A stretch of 64,000 bases of DNA from a bacterium (GTDB lineage Bacteria > UBA8248). The DNA lies in assembly GCA_965213685.1 (NCBI GenBank), contig CBDBZY010000003.1, positions 224,001 through 288,000 of the forward strand. Reading direction: 5' to 3'. A program made the translations under genes and the position numbers. This document shows positions 54,222 through 64,000 of this stretch, piece by piece. Every line of letters starts with the position of its first letter. The stretch's first letter is position 1. Under the pieces are notes generated by a model that saw only the letters and a program-made list of their open reading frames with translations, made no database searches and was not told the DNA's origin.

Positions 54222-56054
54222 ATGAAAGTAGCCTCGCGCATACGCATACTGCCGGAATCGCTCGCGAACCAGATCGCCGCCGGCGAAGTGGTCCAGCGCC
54301 CCGCCTCCGCCCTGAAGGAATTGGTGGAGAACAGCCTCGACGCGGGCGCGGGGCGGGTGGAGGTCGACCTCGAGTCGGGGGGCGTCGCGCGCGTGCAGGT
54401 CGCCGACGACGGGCATGGCATGAGCGAGGACGACGCGCTTCTTTGCCTCGAGCGCCACGCGACGAGCAAGATAGCGACGGACGCGGATTTGGGCCGCGTC
54501 GCCACCCTCGGCTTCCGGGGCGAGGCGCTGCCGAGCATCGCCGCCGTCTCGAAGATGGTGATCACCGCCAGGAGGCCGGAAGACGCCCTGGGCACGCAGG
54601 TGCGGGTGGAGGGCGGGAGGATACAGCGCGTCACCGAGATGGGGGCGGCGGTCGGCGCCCGGGTCGAGATGCGCTCGCTGTTCTACAACGTGCCGGCGCG
54701 GCGGAAGTTCCTGAAAAGAAGGGAAACCGAGCTCGCCCGCTGTCTGGAGGTGGTGAGCCAGGCGGCCATGGCGAACCCGAACGTCGCCTTCACCCTGCGC
54801 CACGGGAAAAAGACGCTGCTGGAGCTGGGCGGCTCCGGGGAGACTCTGTCCCGCGCGGCGGAGCTCGTGGGGAAGGCGGCGGTCTCCCACTTGATAGAGA
54901 TTCCGACCGCAACGTCCGGGAACATGCGGTTCGGCGGCTGGGCGGGAGCGCCCGGCCTGAACCGCTCCACCCGCGACGCGCAGTATCTCTTCGTGAACGG
55001 GCGCCCCATCCGCGACCGCCTCCTCGTCCACGCGGCGTATGCGGCCTACCGGGGCTTCCTGCCGGTGAAGCGCCATCCGGTGTTCATCCTCTTTGTGGAT
55101 GTGCCGCACGAGGACGTGGACGTGAACGTCCACCCCGCCAAACAGGAGGTGCGCTTTCGCTTCGCGTCCGGCGTGTATGACCTGGTGCGCGAGAGCGTCT
55201 CCGCCGTCCTGGGCGCGCGTCCACGGCCGAGGCCGAGGGGCGCGTTCGCCCGCCCGGCTCCCGCACGGGCGGAGGGGGCCGCGCGCATCCTGGCTCCCCG
55301 CCCGCCTGCGTCTGTGAAGCCCCCCTCCCTGGTGGGCGGCGGCGGATACTTCGGGGCGGGGGACGACGCCGCCTCCGCGCGGACGCTGGCCGGCTCCGCC
55401 TCGTCGGGTGCCCCGGCGGGGCGCTCCCCGCTGGAGCGAACCCTCGAGCCGCCTCATCCGGCGGACCCCGTGCTTTTGTCCGAATGCCGCTATCTCGGCC
55501 AGTGGGAGGGATGCTTTCTGCTGTTCAGCGCCCCGCAGGGGCTGGTGCTCGTCGATCAGCACGCCGCGCACGAGCGGGTGCTCTACAACCGGTTTCGGGA
55601 TCAGTTCCGAGACGGGTGCGTGCAGAGCCAGGCGTGCCTCGTGCCCGAGGAGGTGCGCCTGCGGCCCGAGGAGGCGCTGAGCCTGGAGGCGCATCAGGAG
55701 GACCTCCTGCGCTCGGGGTTCGAGCTGGAGCGCGCGGGGGCCGGCGAATACCGCATTCTGGCCGTGCCGGCGCTTCTGGCGGACAAGGACCCCGCAGGGG
55801 CTGTGCGCCAGATAATAGAGGGGCTGGCGGAGCTGGATCAGCCCGTCAGCTTCGCCGACCTGATCGACGGCGTCATCGCGCGGATGAGCTGCCGGGACGC
55901 TGTGAAGGCTGCGCAGCTCCTGCGCCCCGAGGAGGTGGCCGTCCTGGTCGAGGAGCTGGAGAGAACGCCGGGCCGGTGGACCTGCCCGCATGGCCGGCCC
56001 ATCATGCTGGTGATGGGCACGGAGCCGGTGCGGAGGCGCTTCCTGCGGAGCTGA
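54222..56054 (+). CDS. mutL: DNA mismatch repair protein MutL
   Basis: NQIAAGEVV, HATSKI, GFRGEAL, DVNVHPAK, DQHAAHER, CPHGRP. Confidence 0.97.
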   Translation: MKVASRIRILPESLANQIAAGEVVQRPASALKELVENSLDAGAGRVEVDLESGGVARVQVADDGHGMSEDDALLCLERHATSKIATDADLGRVATLGFRGEALPSIAAVSKMVITARRPEDALGTQVRVEGGRIQRVTEMGAAVGARVEMRSLFYNVPARRKFLKRRETELARCLEVVSQAAMANPNVAFTLRHGKKTLLELGGSGETLSRAAELVGKAAVSHLIEIPTATSGNMRFGGWAGAPGLNRSTRDAQYLFVNGRPIRDRLLVHAAYAAYRGFLPVKRHPVFILFVDVPHEDVDVNVHPAKQEVRFRFASGVYDLVRESVSAVLGARPRPRPRGAFARPAPARAEGAARILAPRPPASVKPPSLVGGGGYFGAGDDAASARTLAGSASSGAPAGRSPLERTLEPPHPADPVLLSECRYLGQWEGCFLLFSAPQGLVLVDQHAAHERVLYNRFRDQFRDGCVQSQACLVPEEVRLRPEEALSLEAHQEDLLRSGFELERAGAGEYRILAVPALLADKDPAGAVRQIIEGLAELDQPVSFADLIDGVIARMSCRDAVKAAQLLRPEEVAVLVEELERTPGRWTCPHGRPIMLVMGTEPVRRRFLRS

Positions 56055-56092
56055 GCCGGCTCCCCGGGCGCGCCCGCTTGGGGGAAACGCCC

Positions 56093-56122
56093 TTGACACC
56101 CGGGGCGCGCGCGGAGGACAAT
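56093..56122 (+). promoter_or_regulatory. Putative sigma70 promoter about 260 nt upstream of guaB
   Basis: TTGACA (56093) N18 GACAAT (56117). Confidence 0.45.
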
Positions 56123-56220
56123 GGCGAGGCAAGAAGGCCGGGTTGGGGGGGGACTGGACGTAAGGTTTTTGCCGCCGCCGCGTCCTGATGGAGAAGCCCG
56201 CTGGCTTCGGCTTCTTGTGA

Positions 56221-59591
<3,371 letters not shown>

Positions 59592-59700
59592 GCGCTGAAA
59601 ATCCGCATCGGGTTGTGTTTGTTGAACGGGATGGATATTTTGAGAGGCGCAATTCTGATCGCTGCGTGAAATGTCGCGTTGCCTGCTGTTTCGCGCCGCC

Positions 59701-59804
59701 GATGCCGCCGAATTAAGGCTTGCTTGCTTGCGTGCGGTGTCGGAGGCGAAGGGGGCGACGGGTTCTGAGATGCCGCCGACTAAAGTTTGCTTGCGTTCTT
59801 GCGG
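59701..59804. repeat. Two imperfect 36-37-bp direct repeats around a 31-bp spacer
   Basis: GATGCCGCCGA...TTGCTTGC...TGCGG at 59701 and 59769. Confidence 0.65.
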
Positions 59805-59831
59805 GGGGTGAGGAAAGTGGGTCGAACGAGG

Positions 59832-60344
59832 ATGGCGTCTGTCGTTTTCGCATCGGTTTTTCTGTGGGCGTCGGCGGTCTCGCAGGCGGCCGCCAGCGGC
59901 CATTCGGACCATTCGGGGCACGGGCACGGAACGCCAAAGCCCCATGCACACGGGGTGAATCCCCATGCACACGGGATGAAGGAGCATTCCGTCAGGGTGA
60001 TTCCGCCGAACGCCCCGAACCCGCCTGAAGTGAAGATACGCCTGGAGCGGGACGCGCACGATCCGAGCGGGGTCAACCTGTTCCTGGAGGTGAAAAACTT
60101 CCGCTTCACTCCGGAGGAGGTCAACAAAACCTCGAAAATTCACGAGGGGCACGCGCACCTCTACGTCAACGGGAAGAAGAGAACCCGGCTGTACGGGCGG
60201 GCGCATTTCATCCAGGGTTTGCCCCGGGGAGCGGTGCAGATACGGGTCACGCTGAACACGAACAAACACGAAGACCTCAGCCACAAGGGCAGGCTGATTC
60301 AGGACACGGCGGAGTTCCACAACAGGACGGAAAAACGCCTTTGA
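59832..60344 (+). CDS. Exported His-rich protein, probable metal (Cu) binding
   Basis: Signal peptide, HSDHSGHGHG, GHAHLYVNG, LNTNKH. Confidence 0.7.
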   Translation: MASVVFASVFLWASAVSQAAASGHSDHSGHGHGTPKPHAHGVNPHAHGMKEHSVRVIPPNAPNPPEVKIRLERDAHDPSGVNLFLEVKNFRFTPEEVNKTSKIHEGHAHLYVNGKKRTRLYGRAHFIQGLPRGAVQIRVTLNTNKHEDLSHKGRLIQDTAEFHNRTEKRL

Positions 60345-60381
60345 ACCTGGGAGGCCTGGCGCCTCCGGGCGCGTCGCCGCG

Positions 60382-60762
60382 GTGCGGGAGGGGAGACGTG
60401 TGCTGATATGGGCGCATTTCGTTCTGGCCGTGCTGGCGATAGCGCTCGGCCTCGTCAACCTCGCATCGGCGAAGGGGACGCCGCGGCACCGCGCCATCGG
60501 CTGGTGCTGGCTGCTCGTCATGTCGTTCGTGACGGTGTCGTCCTTCTGGATACGGGAGCTGAACGAGGGCGAATTCAGCTGGATACACCTCCTCAGCGTC
60601 TGGACGATCTTCTGCATGGCGGCGGCGGTCGTGGCGATACGGCGCGGCCGGGTGCGGACGCACGCGGCGTTCATGACGGGGACGATGATCGGCGCGTTCG
60701 TCGCGGGCGCCTTCGCCATGCTGCCCGGCAGGTTCATCAGCAAGCTGCTGGGCTATGGCTAG
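60382..60762 (+). CDS. DUF2306-like membrane protein
   Basis: KGTPRHRAIG, FSWIHLLS, FAMLPGR. Confidence 0.8.
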   Translation: MREGRRVLIWAHFVLAVLAIALGLVNLASAKGTPRHRAIGWCWLLVMSFVTVSSFWIRELNEGEFSWIHLLSVWTIFCMAAAVVAIRRGRVRTHAAFMTGTMIGAFVAGAFAMLPGRFISKLLGYG

Positions 60763-60920
60763 GCAAGCCGCCCGGGTCGATGGTGGGGGCGACCTGTTGA
60801 GGCGCCGCTGGAATCGCCGCATTTTCGGAACGCCGCCCGGCGCCACCCCCGGATGACGCCCCGCCCCGGCGGGAGGGCGCACAGAGCGCAAGCCGTTTTT
60901 TCCGCCGGATGGGAGGAGAC

Positions 60921-63900
60921 ATGCCAGCCGAGTTCGTTCATCTGCACCTGCATTCCCAATACAGCCTCCTCGACGGCACCACGCGCATCCATGACCTGGT
61001 GAAGCGCGCAGCCGCGCTGGGCCAGCCGGCCGTGGCACTCACCGACCACGGGAACATGTTCGGCGCGGTGAAGTTCTACGAGGCGGCGAAAAAGGCGGGC
61101 GTCAAGCCCATCATCGGCTGCGAGGTATACGTCGCCCCCGGCAGCAGGTTCGAGAAGGGGGCGACGAACGGCGGCGGGCGCGCCTACCACATGCTGCTGC
61201 TGGCCCAGAACCAGACGGGCTACAACAACCTGTGCGAGATGGTGACGCGGGGCTTCACCGAGGGGATGTATTATTTCCCGAGGGTGGACCGCGAGCTGCT
61301 GAGCCGGCACGCCGAAGGCCTCATCTGCACGTCCGCCTGCCTGCGCGGGGAGGTGAACGACCACCTGCTCCACGGCCGCGAGGAGGCGGCGCGCGAGGCG
61401 GCCGGGTTCTACAAGGAGCTTTTCCCGGGCCGGTATTACCTGGAGCTCCAGGACCACGGCCTGGAGGAGGACAGGCGGGTCATCCCCAAAGTCATCGCCC
61501 TCGCCAGGGAGATGGGGCTGCCGCTCGTCGCCACGAACGACGTGCATTACCTGAACAAGGGGGATCACAGCGCCCAAGAGGTGCTCATCTGCATCCAGAC
61601 CGGCAAGACCCTGAACGACCCCAAGCGCATGTCGATCAAGAGCGAGGAGTTCTACCTCAAGGACGCCGCCGAGATGGAGGCGCTCTTCGGCGAGACGCCC
61701 GAGGCCCTCGCCAACACGCTCGCCATCGCCGAGGCGTGCGATTTCGACTTCCGCTTCGGTGCGGCCCACTATCCGGATTTCGAGACCCCCGACGGGGCCG
61801 GGAAGAAAGAATACCTCCGCCGCGTCGCGGAGGAGGGGCTCGCGCGCATACTCGCGCGCTCGGGTGCGGAGGGGGCGGAGGCCCGCCGCTACCGCGAGCG
61901 GCTGCGGATGGAGCTCGAGGTCATCAACAGCCAGAATTACGAGGGCTATTTCCTCATCGTGGCGGATTTCATTCGGCACGCGAAGGAGCAGGGGATTCCC
62001 GTGGGCCCGGGCCGGGGGTCGGCGGCGGGGAGCCTGGCCGCCTACGCGCTCGGGGTTACGGGCATCGACCCGCTGCGATACGGTCTCCTCTTCGAGCGCT
62101 TCCTGAATCCCGAGCGCATCAGCCCGCCGGACGTGGACATCGACTTCTGCATGGACAGGCGCGACGAGGTCATCCGCTACGTGCAGGAGAAGTACGGGCG
62201 CGAGAACGTATGCCAGATCATCACGTTCGGGAGCATGCTGGCGAAGGGCGTACTGCGCGACGTCGGGCGGGTCATGGACATGCCCTATGGCGAGGTGGAC
62301 CGCATCGCCAAGCTGGTGCCCAACGAGCTGAAGATCACCCTGGACGACGCGATGGAGAAGGAGCCGCGCCTCCGCGACACCGTGGCGCGCGACCCCAAGA
62401 TCGGCAGCCTGATGGACACGGCCCGAAAGCTGGAGGGCAACATCCGCCACGCGGGGACGCACGCGGCGGGCGTGGTCATCGCTCCCTCGAGGCTCACCGA
62501 CTTCGTGCCGCTCTACCGGGCGTCGGGCGGCGAGGTGATGACCCAGTTCGACATGAAGGACATCGAGGGGATCGGCCTTCTCAAGATGGACTTTCTGGGC
62601 CTCAAGACGCTGACGGTGCTCGACCGCGCCGAGAAGCTCGTGCGCGAGGGGGGCGGGGCGCTCGACCTGGAGACGCTCCCGCTCGACGACGCGGGGACGT
62701 ATCGCCTGCTTGCCGAGGGCAGGACGACCGGCATCTTCCAGCTGGAGAGCCGGGGCATCCGCGAGTATCTGCGGAAGCTCGCGCCCACGGGGTTTGAGGA
62801 CTTGATAGCCATGGTGGCCCTCTACCGGCCCGGCCCGCTGAACAGCGGCATGGTGGATGCGTTCATCGACCGAAAGCACGGACGCGCCGAGATCGATTAT
62901 TTTTTCGACGAGCTGCGGCCCATCCTCGAGAGCACCTATGGCGTCATGGTGTACCAGGAACAGGTCATGCAGATATCGAACGCGCTCTCCGGCTTCTCCC
63001 TGGGGCGGGCGGACGTGCTGCGCAAGGCGATGGGCAAGAAGAGCCCGGAACTCATGGCGGAGCAGCGGCGCGACTTCGTCGAGGGGGCCGTCGAGCGGGG
63101 GCGCGAGAGAAAGAAGGTCGAATTCCTGTGGGATCAGATTCAGCAGTTCGCGGGCTACGGCTTCAACAAGAGCCACAGCGCGGCCTACGCCCTGATAGCC
63201 TACCGCACGGCGTATATGAAGGCGCACCATCCGCGCGAGTTCATGTCCGCCCTCCTCACGTGCGACCGGGAGAACGCCGACAAGGTGATCAAGGACATCG
63301 CCGAGTGCCGGAGCATGGAGATATCCGTGCTGCCGCCGGACGTGAACGCCAGCCAAAAGGATTTCACGGTGGAGGCGGACGCGATCCGCTTCGGTCTGGC
63401 GGCGGTGAAGAACGTGGGAGAAGGGCTGGTGGACGCCGTTCTGGCCAGCCGGAACGCGGAGGGGCCGTTCGCGAGCCTGGAGGATTTTTGCCGGCGCGTG
63501 CCGCACGCGCACCTGAACCGCCGGGCACTCGAGAGCCTGATCAAGGCGGCGGCCTTCGACTCTCTGGGGGTGGGGCGCGCCCAGGCGACGGCGTCGCTCG
63601 ATGTCGTGCTGGAGGCGGCGGTTCGCGAGCAGAAGAGCGTCGCCGTCGGGCAGGGCTCCCTCTTCGGGGGGGAGGAGGCCGCGCGGGGCGCGCTGCACCT
63701 GCCCGAGGTGGCGGAGTGGGAGGACAGCGAGCGTCTGGCGAACGAGCGCGAGGTGCTGGGCTTTTACGTGTCGGGCCACCCGCTCGACGATCACAGGGAG
63801 GTCATCGCCCGCTTCGCCAGCATCGACACGCTGCGGCTCGCCGAAGTCGCGGGCGGGCGGAAGATCAAGATGGCGGGGCTCATCCGCTCCTCGCGGCTGC

Positions 63901-64000
63901 GCACGACGCGCTCGGGTCGCCGCATGGCGAATTTCGTGCTGGAGGATCAGGTGGGCACGGCGGAGATGACGTTGTTCCCCGACGTGTTCGAGAATTGTCA
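60921..64000 (+). CDS. dnaE: DNA polymerase III alpha subunit (3' end beyond the window; absent from the ORF track)
   Basis: FVHLHLHSQYSLLDG, GPGRGSAAGS, PDVDIDF, YGFNKSH, LGFYVSGHP; GGAGG RBS. Confidence 0.98.
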   Translation, partial: MPAEFVHLHLHSQYSLLDGTTRIHDLVKRAAALGQPAVALTDHGNMFGAVKFYEAAKKAGVKPIIGCEVYVAPGSRFEKGATNGGGRAYHMLLLAQNQTGYNNLCEMVTRGFTEGMYYFPRVDRELLSRHAEGLICTSACLRGEVNDHLLHGREEAAREAAGFYKELFPGRYYLELQDHGLEEDRRVIPKVIALAREMGLPLVATNDVHYLNKGDHSAQEVLICIQTGKTLNDPKRMSIKSEEFYLKDAAEMEALFGETPEALANTLAIAEACDFDFRFGAAHYPDFETPDGAGKKEYLRRVAEEGLARILARSGAEGAEARRYRERLRMELEVINSQNYEGYFLIVADFIRHAKEQGIPVGPGRGSAAGSLAAYALGVTGIDPLRYGLLFERFLNPERISPPDVDIDFCMDRRDEVIRYVQEKYGRENVCQIITFGSMLAKGVLRDVGRVMDMPYGEVDRIAKLVPNELKITLDDAMEKEPRLRDTVARDPKIGSLMDTARKLEGNIRHAGTHAAGVVIAPSRLTDFVPLYRASGGEVMTQFDMKDIEGIGLLKMDFLGLKTLTVLDRAEKLVREGGGALDLETLPLDDAGTYRLLAEGRTTGIFQLESRGIREYLRKLAPTGFEDLIAMVALYRPGPLNSGMVDAFIDRKHGRAEIDYFFDELRPILESTYGVMVYQEQVMQISNALSGFSLGRADVLRKAMGKKSPELMAEQRRDFVEGAVERGRERKKVEFLWDQIQQFAGYGFNKSHSAAYALIAYRTAYMKAHHPREFMSALLTCDRENADKVIKDIAECRSMEISVLPPDVNASQKDFTVEADAIRFGLAAVKNVGEGLVDAVLASRNAEGPFASLEDFCRRVPHAHLNRRALESLIKAAAFDSLGVGRAQATASLDVVLEAAVREQKSVAVGQGSLFGGEEAARGALHLPEVAEWEDSERLANEREVLGFYVSGHPLDDHREVIARFASIDTLRLAEVAGGRKIKMAGLIRSSRLRTTRSGRRMANFVLEDQVGTAEMTLFPDVFENC

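Noticed and set aside
59938-59982. 21-bp tandem repeat CCCCATGCACACGGG..
   Set aside because: It is an in-frame duplication (PHAHG) in a His-rich linker, which is ordinary.

Overview
GC-rich bacterial chromosome segment. Many 1-bp indels in G/C runs, even in pyrG and guaB, suggest a long-read assembly. The kdsB-pyrG-kdsA order and the catabolic paralogues are compatible with a Nitrospinota/Tectomicrobia- or deltaproteobacteria-like organism, but this is inference only. Core genes include tRNA-Arg(CCG), nth, ino1, moeB/moeZ, kdsB-pyrG-kdsA, metB-like, thrC, nfeD-slipin, yhaM-like, lsrF-like, recD2, mazG, mutL, guaB, guaA and dnaE (truncated by the window end). Accessory content: (i) a DNA methyltransferase plus putative endonuclease; (ii) an 8.3-kb integrase-less island bounded by a perfect 61-bp duplication of that endonuclease's 3' end, holding relics of traW/traY(dotA), an S24 repressor, IS66 and IS3, and a GT-C/GT-C/GT2 surface-glycosylation trio with poly-G tracts; (iii) a decayed polysaccharide cluster; (iv) a DUF4145-like cassette inserted with a duplication of the host gene's 5' end; (v) nested duplications of gene ends between a zinc dehydrogenase and recD2. 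The most unusual signal is a recurring 'long target duplication + captured DNA' scar at five sites. The clearest has two 35-bp repeats around a 35-bp spacer that encodes a zinc alcohol dehydrogenase signature (VVMGHEGAGVVE), the geometry of an ectopic 'neo-CRISPR' integration. All family assignments come from motif recognition by eye; no searches were run.
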